NCBI GenBank assembly: GCA_028534125.1
Contig: CM052818.1
Location: 43,030,001-43,094,000 of the forward strand
DNA length: 64,000 bases
Origin: Lama glama
Lineage: Eukaryota
Direction: 5' to 3'
Shown here in pieces: positions 49,600-61,999 of the stretch. Each line of letters begins with the position of its first letter. The stretch's first letter is position 1. Position numbers and translations under genes: made by a program. A model generated the notes under the pieces. It saw only the letters and a list, made by a program, of their open reading frames with translations, made no database searches and was not told where the DNA came from.

Positions 49600-49835
49600 A
49601 TTTTTAATATGGTGCTTTACTTTAAGAGCCCCTCTTATTGATCATTTAATACTCAGAAACTCCAATGGTATCTTATTGAATGATCATTGCTATTATTCTT
49701 CATTTTTTACAGATAGAGAAACTTGTCTGTAAATCTAAATTCCTTGTCCAAGATTTTATAGATTAAAAATAAGTGGGAAACTGTGACTCAAACCCAGGTC
49801 TCTCAATTCTAAGTGTTCTCTGCATTTTACCCACT
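49600..49835. mobile_element. MIR fragment
   Basis: CATTTAATACTCA...CATTTTTTACAGATAGAGAAAC...CTTGTCCAAG...CTCAAACCCAGGTCT. Confidence 0.65.
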
Positions 49836-50090
49836 AGATTCATTGTGTGCATATGTTTGTGAGTTACTTTGTTTTTCCAATAATTAAAAACCTTTGAAAA
49901 TTGCATGGTTGGCTGTTAGCTTTAGTGGGTAGGTCGTGGGGCTAACGACACATATAATGTAAACTCAGTTTCTGTTTTGGGGGAGAACTACCCAGTGTTT
50001 CCCATTACTGTACTACAAATGAATGCGATTGTTATCACAGGGCCAAGCCACCAAGTGTTTTTGCTTCAAAAAAGGTCATCTTTGCAATTT

Positions 50091-51209
50091 GTGTATATTC
50101 TTTTATTTTATTTTTATTGAAGTAGAGTTGATTTACAATGTTTTGTTAGTTTCTGGTGTACAGCATAGTAATTCAATTATATATATATATATATTCTTTT
50201 TCATATTCTTTTTCATGATAGGTTATTACAACCTACTGAATACAGTTCCCTGTGCTATACAGAAGGTCTTTGTTGTTTATCTATTTTGTAGATAGTAGTT
50301 TGTATCTGCAAATCCCAAACTCCTAATGTATTCCTTCCCCACTTCCCCCTTTGGTAACCATAAATTTGTTTTCTATGTCTGTGAGTCTGTTTCTGCTTTG
50401 TAAATGGGTAAATTTGTCTCATTTTTTAGATTCCACATGTTAATGATGTCATGATATTTTTCTTTTTCTGACTGGCTTACTTTACTTATATTATAATCTC
50501 TAGGTCCATCCATGTTACTACAAATGACATTATTTCGTTCTTTGTTACGGCTGAGTAGTATTTCTACATATATAGGAATACTACTATATACATACACTAT
50601 GCTATATATATCTATTATATATATATATACACATACTACATATATACTATATATATACTATATATATATATATATGTCTGTCTCACATCTTCTTTATGCA
50701 GTTGTCTATCGATGGGCATTTAGGTTGCCTCCATGTCTTGGCTATTCACTGCTGTGAAGACTGGGGTGCATGTGTCTTTTCAAATTAGAATTCTGTCCAG
50801 ACAAGAGCCTCACTTCCAGAATAAACAAACAGCTCATACAATTCAATAACAAAAGCCAAACAACCCAATCAAAAAATGGGAGAAGACCTAAACAAACATT
50901 TCTCCAATGAAGACATGCAGATGACCAACAGGCACATGAAAAAATGCTCAATATCACTAATTACTAGAGAAATGCAAATCAAAACTACAGTGAGGTATCA
51001 CTTCACACCAGTCAGAATGGCCATCACTAAAAAGTCCACAAACGATAAGTGATGGAAAGGGTGTGGAGGAAAGGGAACCCTCCTACACTTTTGGTGGGAA
51101 TGTAGTTTGGTGCAACCACTATGGAAAATAGCATGAAGAAACCTTAAAAAACTAAAAGCAGAGTTACCATGTGATTCAGCAATCCCGCTCCTGAGTGTGT
51201 ACTCTTTTA
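50091..51209 (-). mobile_element. L1 insertion with 5' inversion (twin priming) and 15-bp TSD
   Basis: 50101-50798 is the reversed L1 3' end with a T-rich tail; 50799-51195 is forward ORF2 sequence; TSD GTGTATATTCTTTTA (50091-50105) / GTGTGTACTCTTTTA (51195-51209). Confidence 0.9.
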
Positions 51210-52249
51210 ACGCTGGCTTACATCTGCTCTTTTTATTTACACATTATGCCCTGGTGACAGTTATAACTTTAATTCACGTATCTGAATTGTTATAGCTCTT
51301 GACAATTTCACACTTTTTAAAGAATTTGTAAACATGACTCCAAATTCAATAAGAAAATCTTATTTAAGTTTTGTAAATTTGCAAAGAAGTGTGTATTTCC
51401 TCCACACACTGTGCAAGTCATATAGGTCCCAAAACAACTTTCCTACAATTGTTTTTATGACAATTATTTATGTAGTTTCTTTAATAATAAGGTAGTTAGC
51501 ATATTTACGACATGAAAAGTTTTCCATTAGCTTGAATTTGATTTTTAGCAATTTTATCTTACATTTTCCATTGCTTCGGCAGATTCATATTAACAAAGCC
51601 ACGCAAGTTACTGCACAAGTCAGTGTCTTATGGAACTAAGCAGAGTGCGCCTTGAGATATGGTTTTTCACTTTGTAATTGTATCATTGTACATCGTAACT
51701 CCAATTTATGTGGTTTCTGACCAATGCTTTAATTATTTTTGTGATCCCCAGGCTTCATGTGAAAGAATTGAAGTGATAAAGTGACTCACATGGATGCTCT
51801 GTTGTTGGTGTGTTACTGCTCAGCGGCTTCAGGGAAGGTCTGTTCTCTTCTCCATTGCTGGCACCTCTTAGGCGAAAGTGCCATTAAGTGATTTGATTTT
51901 TTTACTGACATGTTCTGTCCATTCCTCTTTTCTTTCCATCATAGTTTATTAAATAGTTAAAAATAAAAAGAATAAAATTTTGAAAAATAAACGTAAGCAG
52001 GAGGGCAGTTCTAATAAATATTAAAATATGTTAATAGCTCTAATAATTAAAATAATAGGATACTTATGTAAAAAAGAAAAGGATCCTGATGTAAGAAAAT
52101 CAATACAACCAGAAGCATGGCTAACTCTAAAACAGACTAGAGTTTAATAATAATTCAGCATAAGGTAAAGTTAATCAATCAATCAATAAAAACATTCAAT
52201 AAATGCTAATGACATAATGACTAGTCTTTGGGAAAATAAATGCAATAAA

Positions 52250-53260
52250 TAACGGCATATGCCAAAACAAGGTCACTATGGGCTAAAGGGTTAAACATAA
52301 AAAGAAGCAACAAACAAATAATAGCCGAAGGAAAAATATTCAACCACACTATAATCAATTAAATGTATATTTTTTTCTGAAAAGCAGATACATTTTCACC
52401 TGCTTAATTAGCAAAAGGTTTGAAACTATAATACTATTTTTTTAATCTGGTCTTCCATGAAATGAACACTGTTATTTGTTGCTTTGTTGTTGGAGGATTA
52501 ATTGGAATATATTGAGAACTTGAAAAATGTATATCTTTTTAAACTCCAAAATTAGATGAAACATGTGAAGTCTTAAGTGTATAATCCATATAGTACAAAA
52601 GTCTTTGCACACACTGCTTATCCCATAATTTTTGTCAATACTGGAAAATGATAGAATTCAATAGTGTATCCACTGTTTGGGATGTTATACTATGATTTAA
52701 AATGGTGAATAAAAAAACAGAAAAGTGATCAAAAGATTTGAAGAACAATTTACTAAAACATGAATAATACATGTATGAAAATATGCTCAACCTATGTATT
52801 GTTCAATGAAATAAAATAAAAATACAGAGTACTACTTTTTAAACTATTATATTTTCAAAGACCAACAAACAGCCTAGGACATATTGTTTTTAAGACTCTG
52901 GTGAATATGGTACTCTCATATATTACAGAGTGCGGTGCACATTGATACAGCTTTTGTAGAGAGCACCTTGTCAGTACCGATCAAACAAAAAATAAATAAA
53001 ACTGCTGACCAGCAAATTCTCTTTTTAAGTTCACTCTCATACAGAAAAATTCAGAGAGTTGACGAGGGTGTTTATTGCAGCCTTGGAACATCAAAATGCT
53101 GGAGAGAACTTACATGCCCATCAATATGTCAATTATGATGCAACCATATTGAGGAGTCATTTGTACGGAGTAAGTTCAGTGCTACCTACTAACCTGTAAG
53201 GACAGCCATGACAGGCTGTTGAGTTAAAAAAGCAAACTGTTAAGTCAATACATAGAGCAG
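52250..53260 (+). mobile_element. Old L1 (L1ME) fragments
   Basis: AATATGCTCAAC...ACTCTCATATATT...TTGATACAGCTTTTGTAGAGAGCA...GACCAGCAAATTC...GTGTTTATTGCAGC...ATGCCCATCAATA. Confidence 0.6.
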
Positions 53261-53299
53261 GATCCAGTTGTCTCTGTCTCTCTCTCATCTATCTCTGTA

Positions 53300-53303
<4 letters not shown>

Positions 53304-53344
<41 letters not shown>
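53304..53344. repeat. (TATC)n tetranucleotide microsatellite
   Basis: Direct reading. Confidence 0.95.
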
Positions 53345-53842
53345 ATCACTCTATTTCTATCCATCTATCATTATCTGAGAACATTCACTAAGAAACAGAC
53401 AGGTTAAGGAGCGAGAAATTTCACGTTGCAATTTTGTACTTATTCTTATCTATATAATTTTAAAATCAAAAATAATAAAGAGAAAAAACCTGATATTCTA
53501 AGGAGAAATTTATAATTAATGATTAAAGCTTTGATTGTTAAGGATGCATAGAGAAGGATGTAAAATTGTCTAGTACATAGACAAGGATGCATCATTTTAC
53601 ATTGTATTAAGGCTGCAACTGTGTAAAACTAACAAGTACAACTGTCAGCATAAAAAATTACACATGGATCTGTGCCTGAGTACTAAACATGCTTACTTCT
53701 GGGATGTGAGTTTTGGGAATTATGAATATTTTTTCTCTGTGTATTTTTCAAATATTGTATAGTGAACTAGCATACATAACGTTTTATGATGGTAAAAAGA
53801 ACTTACAACAGTGTTCATAAGGGATTTACTTTATTTGTAGAA

Positions 53843-54164
53843 TGTCTTGGTTTGTTCAAACTGATAAAGCAAAAACTATAGATCAGATGGCTAATACACA
53901 GCAGAAATTTATTGCTCACAGTTTGGGAGGCTGGAAGTCTGAGATCAGGGTGCCGGCATGGTCAGAGGAGAGCCCTCTTCTGGGTTGCAGACTTCTTGTA
54001 TCTTCACATGTCACAGGGGGCAAGGGAGCTCTCTGGAACCTCTTTTGTAAAGATCTAATCCCACTCAAGGTGGCTCCACCCTCATGATTTAAGCACCTGC
54101 CGAGGTCCCACCTCCTAAGACCATCATTGAGGGGGTGGTTAGACACGAACATTCAGATGTTGCA
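53843..54164 (-). mobile_element. MaLR LTR (MLT1A-like)
   Basis: CAGAAATTTATTGCTCACAGTTTGGGAGGCTGGAAGTCTGAGATCAGGGTGCCGGCATGGTCAG...CTCCACCCTCATGA...AACATTCAGA. Confidence 0.9.
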
Positions 54165-54249
54165 GTACAGATACTGCAAGAGTAGGAGATAAAATAGGTG
54201 ATTAACACCCTCACAGACAGAATTCACAATTTATCAAACATTTCGTATT

Positions 54250-54965
54250 GTGTATAGTAGTTACGAGCATTGATTCCAGAGCCAGATTATCTGGGGTTCA
54301 CATTCCAGCTTCTGCACTAACTGGCTGTAGAATCTTGAGTAATTTTATTGATTTCCCAATGCCTCAGTTTTCTCATCTGTAAAATGGAAATAATGGCGAC
54401 ATCACTTAACTCACAGAGTTGTTATGAAGATTCAATTAATATATCCGTATGAATATTTGACGGCTGCTACAACAAATTACCATCAACTGAGTGGCTAAAA
54501 CAATACATGGCATTCTCGCACAGTTACGGAGGTTAGAAATTAGAAATCACCGGGCTCCTCTGGAGGCCCTGGAGGAGAATGTTTTCTAGTCTTTTCCAGC
54601 TTGTAAAACTGCATTCTCTGCTTCCCTTGGCTCCTGACCACTTTCTCCATCATCAAAGCCATAAGCCCAGCGCCTCACTTCAGTGTTCACATTGCCTTCT
54701 GCCCCTCTGTTAAATCGCCCCCCCCCTTCCTCCCTCTTATCAGGACACTTGTAACTATTCAGTGTGCACTAGTGGGTAGTCTGCCTGTCTCAGGATCCTT
54801 AATCATATCTGCCAGGTCTCTCCACCACATAAGGTAATGGTCACGAGTCTGGGTATCAGGATGGGGCTACATTAGGGGCCATTATTCAGCCTATCACAGT
54901 ACGTAGCACTGAGGACTGTGTCTGGTTCATGGTAAGTGACAGATGAATGTGATCTATTACTGTTT
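54250..54965. mobile_element. MIR split by an MLT1 LTR
   Basis: MIR core GCCTCAGTTTTCTCATCTGTAAAATGG up to about 54445, resuming at about 54900 (GCACTGAGGACTGTGTCTGG...TGGTAAGTG). Confidence 0.75.
54446..54898 (-). mobile_element. MaLR LTR (MLT1B/C-like)
   Basis: GGCTGCTACAACAAATTACCA...CTCCTCTGGAGGCCCTGGAGGAGAAT...GGGGCCATTATTCAGCCTATCACA. Confidence 0.85.
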
Positions 54966-55204
54966 AAAAGTTGATGATGATGATATTAAAGGTCTACTAA
55001 GGCATTAGAGAAATGCATGAGAATTTAGAGGAGGCAGACATCACTGCTCTCTGAGGATATCACAGGGGGCATGACACAGCAGAGAACACTAAGAATAGGT
55101 AATAAATGGGTTTGCAAAGAAGGAGGTCCCTGCCTGCTTAAAGTGCTACTTTATTCAGCTATCTCTCTGCCCCTCCATTCTGTACCCTAACACCTGTTCA
55201 GTAC

Positions 55205-55420
55205 TCAGAAGACCAAGTGTTATGATCAGTGGGCATGAATTTCACTTCTCTCCATTATTAGCTACCTGACTAAGTTCTTTTCTATTCTTTTACTTCTAAG
55301 CCTCACTTTCCTCCCCTAAAGATGGAGATTGAAGTATCTCTCAGAGACCTCGAGATTAAATAAGATAATGGCTAGGAAGAATATTTCGTAAAAGGTAACT
55401 TACTCCACAAATATTCATCA
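55205..55420. mobile_element. MIR fragment
   Basis: TTCTAAGCCTCACTTTCCTC...AAAGATGGAGAT...GAGATTAAATAAGATAATG. Confidence 0.55.
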
Positions 55421-56899
55421 TACTGTTTGCTTCCATATTGCTATTATGTGGGCACTCCATTATTCCCAGGAGTAATGAGATAAGTAAAAAGTACCAGTTA
55501 TCCTTAAGAACTTGGTGAGATTGAAGATTCACTCATTGCAAAGATGTGGAGGGTAAGAACGCAGATAAGAAGAAATGATTACTGTTCGGAAAATCAACTT
55601 GACACTCTTCACTGAGACAATGGACCCAGCCAGATGGCAGATTTGGCTGCACAGGTAAAATTCTATCTTAAGTTCACCTGCAGGCCAATTCAACAGAATT
55701 CTACATGAGAATAAAATTATTACTTTGATTCCTTTCTTACTTGCTCTCTTTCCATATTTTCTTTCATGTCTTAATACTTAAGGGCTTTGATCTAAACCTA
55801 TTCCCCTCTCTCAATAAATCCTTCTTATTTCTTTTCAGTTCATTGCTTTGGCAGCTCTCCCATCCAAGTCCTAAATGATTCACTCTGACAAATTTCTCTG
55901 AAACCAAATGGCTTTCTGGTCTCAGTAGGTGGTTCCCCCAACCTAAGGTCCCCAGAAAATCTCCCTAAAATTATTAGAAACAAAATTCTGGGTTACAGAC
56001 ACCATCGACTTGGCTGTGTAAAGCATTTATTTTACCTTGGAGGATCTTAGAAGAGCAATCTCTTCCATTATCAACTATGGCTTGAGCTTACTCTTCAAGA
56101 AGACATTCTCTGATTCTCTTTCTGTAGAAATTAACTTTTCAGCTTACCTAAGAAGTGCTTACAAATGCAAGACATAATGAATGGTGAAGGGTGGTCATTA
56201 ACTTACTCTTGAAGCATCGCAAGAGCCAAAATCAATCTTTATTTCTACTTTGGAGACAGAAGTTCCATATTTTCCTTTCCATCTTTTTGGCATAATGGGA
56301 AAGAATGGGAATTTGGAATAATAGACAAAGGAGTCTTGTCACACGTTTGGCCTGGATAATGGCCTTTACTCCTTCAGTGGTAGTAAAGAAATTGATGCTT
56401 GTGGTGCATGGGTCAGAGGTGGAAGTCCTTTTGCGTTTACTTGATGAAGCCATTTCCCCAATGATTGGGCAAAAGAATATCTGTAGTCCACAGAAAATAA
56501 ACAGAATTTTGAGTGACTAGAACTTACTGTCTCTCTGGTCGTGTGTCTTGATATCTGGGTCCCTCTAAGCCAGGTGAGGCAGCAGCCCCATCAAAGCAAT
56601 AAAGGGGAGAAGATGGGCTTTAATTCTCTACTGGGTTCAAGGTGCGATGAGCAGAGGGACAAAGGAATTCATTGTATCTGTCATCCCCAAGCATTGGTGG
56701 TAGGCTGTTACTGGTTCTTGCAAGTTTTAATTTATCTTCACAACATTATAAAAGCTATATTATCATTCATCTATTAAAATTATAACCAATGGTGGTAAGG
56801 AATAAAGTCTATAAACAGAGACAGTAACTAATATAACTGGGTACAATAAACATCATATTTTTGTGATTTATATATGATAATGTTTAGATAATACATTAA

Positions 56900-57130
56900 C
56901 ATACTGATACTTATATTGATCAAGCACTTTGCAGTCTCAAAACATTTTCAGATACATCCCATCCTTTAGTCCTCACAGCTATCCATGACACAGGGAGTGG
57001 CACAGTGAGTATCATCCCCATTCTACAGATGAGAAAACTGAGAAAAGGGACTCAGTCAATCCTTCAACATCCCCTGCACCACTAGGATGGCCGAGCAGAG
57101 ATTGAGCCGTGTTTTCCTAGTGTTAAGACC
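56900..57130. mobile_element. MIR SINE
   Basis: TATCATCCCCATTCTACAGATGAGAAAACTGAG. Confidence 0.75.
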
Positions 57131-58384
57131 AACCTAACAACCTATTCTCATAGAAACAGCTACCATGGAAAAGAAAACAAGCCGTGGCTGCTTCTCATTC
57201 TCCGCAGCGTTGGGCTGGCTTGTTACTCTCATTACTAACTGCTTCTCTGAGCTGTAGGCAGTGTTGCGGAAGGAAGGAGTCACGATGCCAAATAAGATTT
57301 CTAATGTGTGTAAGTTTCATAAAGCAAAGGGAAGCCTGGGCGTGTAGCACATAGCTGATGATGAAATGGGACGCTTACTGAGATGGATGTTTTTTTAAAT
57401 ACACAGTTGCACTGTGTGTGTGTCTGTGTCTATCCTTCTATGTGGGTGTATATAGCAGTGTAAAAAATATGATCCTGAGGATGGCAAACTCCCAAGCCTC
57501 ATTAAATGTGAGTTCCTGAAATATACTGATGTGCCATTGAACACAAAATATTCATGTATCTCTGATGGAAAGTATCATTCTTTAGAGTGTGTTGGATAAA
57601 TATGATGCTCTAAATCCAGGGCTCCCCAAGTAAGATTTTTCCAGTGGGTTAGTAGATGGGAGGGGAATCTGGCCCATTGTGGTTTTATTTGCTTTTGGAA
57701 ATGGAAAAAATAAAGTCTCCATTGTTCAAAGCTCTTGGGCATACAAATAAAAAATAAATTACAGCATTAGCAGTCTATGCAGCAAACTCACAGTTAGGCT
57801 AATAAAATATAAATTCCTGCAGTGGCTGAAGAATAGCACATTTGATTAGGATGGCGGGAGGTGAGTTGTTAAGGGCCAGGAAGGTGATAAAAGTGCCAAT
57901 GTGGGCTTACAAGCTCGCTCTGTATGGACTGGGGGACGGTAGCTGTATCTTCCCCCAGTGGCACCGCCAGCTGCAATTCTTAACGAGTTATTACATCCCG
58001 GACAGAGGAGGCAACATGGCACATTAGGAAATGTGTTAAAGAAAAATTCACTGCCTTGTAGAGTTTACTTTCTGAAGAGGCTAGAAATGAGCCCCAGAGA
58101 CCTTTCTTGAGAGGAGATGAAAATAGACTTTCTGGGGAAAGTCAGAGTGATTTTTATCAATGATCTTAAAGCTAAGAGTCAATTTGCCAATATGGAGGGA
58201 GCAGTCATGAGACATTCCCCTCCCAGCCCCGCCACAGTGAGGTTCTTGTGGAGATGGATGAGTGAGTATTGCTGAGAGCAAGCACTCGGTGTACAAAAAC
58301 AAGATGTATGTCAGGTGACTGTTCGTTCATTTTAATATCATTAGCATTGATGGCAGGAGATGTTCCGGCAAGTGTATGTCAATT

Positions 58385-58387
<3 letters not shown>

Positions 58388-58423
<36 letters not shown>
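58388..58423. repeat. (CA)n microsatellite
   Basis: Direct reading. Confidence 0.97.
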
Positions 58424-58425
<2 letters not shown>

Positions 58426-59132
58426 AAGAAACTGAGTCTCTGGCTTTTATTAAGTCTTAGCCTCGGAGAAATGTACCTCTGACTTAGCAGGAAGATAGAG
58501 AAAGAAAGTAGCATTTTTTGAACACCAACTAGGGGAGAGGTACCTTGATTATTCCTTTTTAAGATCTTATCCATTTCACCCTCTCAAGAGTCCTGAAAGA
58601 TGACTATTTGAAAGCAGAGATAATTGAAGTGATCCGGATCTCTGTGATGAAAAATCTCTATGCTCTTTCTACTTCATCGTAATCCTAGAGTTTCTACACT
58701 TCCTTCAAAGCATTTTTGTTTTTTTGTTCTTCCTCTGCTAAGAACCTCTTTGACCTCTATTGTCCTATGTTTAGCTTATACTGAAGTGAAAACTTTGATT
58801 CTTGAGACACACTCCAGGGAGAGATCCAGGAAGTCGCTCTTGTTTACATGTGTCCCATGGAAGTAGGCAATGATGTGATGTTTAAAGCTACGAACTAGAA
58901 AAACGTACCTTTCGCTTCCTCTTTGGAAGCAATTCTAATGATTTTTTTGGTGTGAGATGCACCAAGATTTCAGAGTTCCTCTGAGGGTACATTACATCAT
59001 ACATTTGTGGAATGCTTGTAGTTGCCATGCAGGCTGTTGAAGGCTTGAGAGCTTCACGTGTGTGGGGTGGGAGGGGCAGCAGCAAATTCTCAAGCAAATG
59101 TGATGGGCTTTCTAGTTTTCAGGATCAATAAA

Positions 59133-59139
59133 GCGTGCG

Positions 59140-59172
<33 letters not shown>

Positions 59173-59192
59173 CACACACACACCACACACAC
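59133..59192. repeat. Compound (CG)n(CA)n microsatellite
   Basis: GCGTGCGCGCGCGCGCACACACAC... Confidence 0.95.
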
Positions 59193-60019
59193 TTAAAGGT
59201 AAGACAAACTGCCTTAGCGTAAAAAATAAGCAAAGTGCTAACACTATGCTACACAAAGAAAGATCAATGTTGATTTCAGAGATGAAAAGCTTATTGGTAA
59301 AGAAGCGGTCTGAACTGAGCCTTAATGTGTGGAAAAGCAATTTGAGCTGGCCTTTTGAGGTGGTCAATTTGGTAAATTAAAATTGTTCTTCCTGCTTCTT
59401 AGTGGGGTAACTTTTAAACTGGAATAAGATGAGTGTTTTTCGTGCTCTATGTCATAATGTATTTGTTCCTTCTATTTTATCTTTAAAAAGAAAGCTTTTA
59501 AGTATCAAGGTGAATTTTGAGGTTTTTTGTCTTGCAAGCTGGGAAGGGAAGTTACTATGGGTCTGTGGCTAATCAGAGCATAAGAGAGATGCCCTGAGTC
59601 TCACAGGGCTTCTGAATCTCAGTGAAGCACATGGGCAGCAATGGCTGCTCATTGGTGCTGCAGATGTGGGAGATGCAGTGGTGTGGGAGTAGGATGTTTC
59701 AGAACACAGGCTGGATGTTCCAGTGGGTTCTTCTAAGGCAAGCTTCAAGGGCATGGCATGGTTCTGGGGATGCTATGAGAATCTAGCTGACCCCAATTAT
59801 TCTTTAGTATATTCCTTGTTATAAGCTGTAATCTCCTCTATTGTGCCTCTACCCAGGATCATAACTAAAATACCTTTTCCTATACATTTATTAGCTAAAT
59901 AAGTAATTATTTAGTACCTATTGTAAACTAGTCCTGATTCTTGTACGTCCCCAGTAACTTTTTATTGTTGCTATTATATACATCAAAATACCCTTCCCTA
60001 CTCCCTTAACCAGTTCCAT

Positions 60020-60200
60020 TTTATAAGTGACTTGAATTCTCTGTGCTTCAGTTTCCTCATTTAAAATTGTAGTGATAATTACAGAACCGACTTAATAAAA
60101 AATTTGTTAAGTATAATGACTTTATATATGTAAAGTCCCTAGAAGAGTGCTTGATACATGTTAAATATTGTATAAATGAAAACTTTTATGGTGGTGGTTA
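60020..60200. mobile_element. MIR fragment
   Basis: AAGTGACTTGAATTCTCTGTGCTTCAGTTTCCTCATTTAAAAT...TGTAAAG...CTAGAAGAGTGCTTGA. Confidence 0.75.
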
Positions 60201-60467
60201 TTATTATTTCCACCTTGGTGTAGGGAGATTGAACTTGGACCTTGAAGAAAAAATGGGATTTAGACCTCTCCAACTGATGTCCCAGTAGTAGGAATAATTG
60301 GGGGATTGCATGAGGAATGTTCAAATGGAGAAGTAGACTGAGAGTCAAAGTACTTGTGTGTTAATAACAATACAGAATATTTATAATAAGAATGATAAGA
60401 AATTGCATTTAATACTTACTATATAGGGCTGGGTAAGAGAGTTTTGTATATTATTGCACCATGCTAC

Positions 60468-60999
60468 TGTAATAGGCAAGAACAAATCTGACTCCCTATT
60501 AGATCTGTTCCTTTGGCTTTAACCCTGGGCTCTGTGTCCTGCGCTTAGTCATGCTGGTTCTGCACCTTTTGTAAAAGAATGTTGCCTGGAGCCTGAAATA
60601 TACAGGACAGCCCAAAATCTACAGGACAGCCCACTCTCAAGGCTCTGACCTTTAAGGGTGTAACACTTTCCTATTCATATGAAGACAAAACGTTGCAGAA
60701 TAGAAAATAACATTTGTTTTGTGGGAGGTTGACTGGGACATCATGACCTGACCCATGGGGACAGTTGCAAGGACAAAGGATTCCAAGAAGTCTGCAACAA
60801 CCAACCATGCCCCTCTCCTTTTTAGTATAAAAGAAGCCTGAATTCTGATTTGGGGGAGATGGTTCTCCGGGGCATTAGTCTGCCATCTTCTTGGTCTGCT
60901 GGATTTCCAGATAAAGTCATTATTTCTTGCCCCAACGCCTCATCTCTCAATTTACTGGCCTGTTGTGTGGTGAGCAGAACAAGGTTAGACTCACTGACA
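60468..60999 (+). mobile_element. ERV1-class solo LTR (cetartiodactyl type)
   Basis: TG...CA termini with perfect 4-bp TSD CTAC (60464-60467 / 61000-61003); TATAAAA at about 60826; degenerate polyA signal GATAAA at about 60910. Confidence 0.9.
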
Positions 61000-61999
61000 C
61001 TACTGGCATGACCTTGGGCACATTAATTCCCTTGCTAGTTCCTTGTGCTACAGTGGTCAGCTAAGGTATTTGACTTGATCATAGATCATCACACTTTTTA
61101 ATTATCAGAAGAAATCTCTTAAAATAAAAAAAAAATCTTTACTAAAACCTTTTATGTCATTGACAGTGCTTTGATTAAACCACATAATCTCCAACTCACC
61201 CAACTGTAGCTGCTCCCAGGAACCCCCATGGGTACACAACTGGGAAAGCTCTAGTTTAAAAGTTACCTGTTTCTGATTTTAGACACACAGCTATAGAAAT
61301 GCATAGCATTATGTAAATTATTGATAAAGCTCTGTGTGTTTTGCGGTTGATTTCTGTGGCCTAAAATGATAAAAAAAATTTAGCATCCAAGGTGATCTAA
61401 GAGCTAACTCTTACAGAGAACTGGCAAGGGTTATATTGTTGCAGTCTGGGAGCTATGAGTTGCAAGGTGGTGATTTAAATAACCCCAACCTTACAAAATG
61501 TTTAGTAACAATTTGGGGGGGGGTACCTAAAAGCTAAAGGAGCCATCAAGGCCTCTTACAGAGAATGGATTGCAGGCAAAGATCTATTATATTTAACTTA
61601 TTGTAAAAAGATATTGTTGGTTGATAAATATTGTGGATGTAGGTTTCAGCGTTTTATTCCTAAGAACTCTTTTTTCTCTCTGAGAGTTTGATGAAGTAAA
61701 TTCTTGTTTTAGTGCTACAGGAACCAGAGATTTTCTGAGTAATTTTTCTCTCAGAGGCTGATGTAAAACCGACTCCTTCTAGCCAGTTCTATATGACTTC
61801 AGCATTCGATTAGGGAATAATCAAGGCAAAAAAGACTTCTTTGATGTTTATTTTATTCAATGAGTTATATTTCATTGCTGTTTTATTTATTCTCAAGCTA
61901 AAGTTTCCCCAGAACCAGCCAGTGTGGGCTGCTCCACGGTGACTTCTTAATATGTCCTCATCATTTAGTTTTTCTTTTCCGAGCACTTTTATTTTCTGG

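Noticed and set aside
1270..60999. Full-length provirus bounded by the ERV1 LTRs
   Set aside because: The three LTRs differ in sequence (and one in orientation), each has its own TSD or near-TSD, and no PBS or gag/pol/env sequence was seen.
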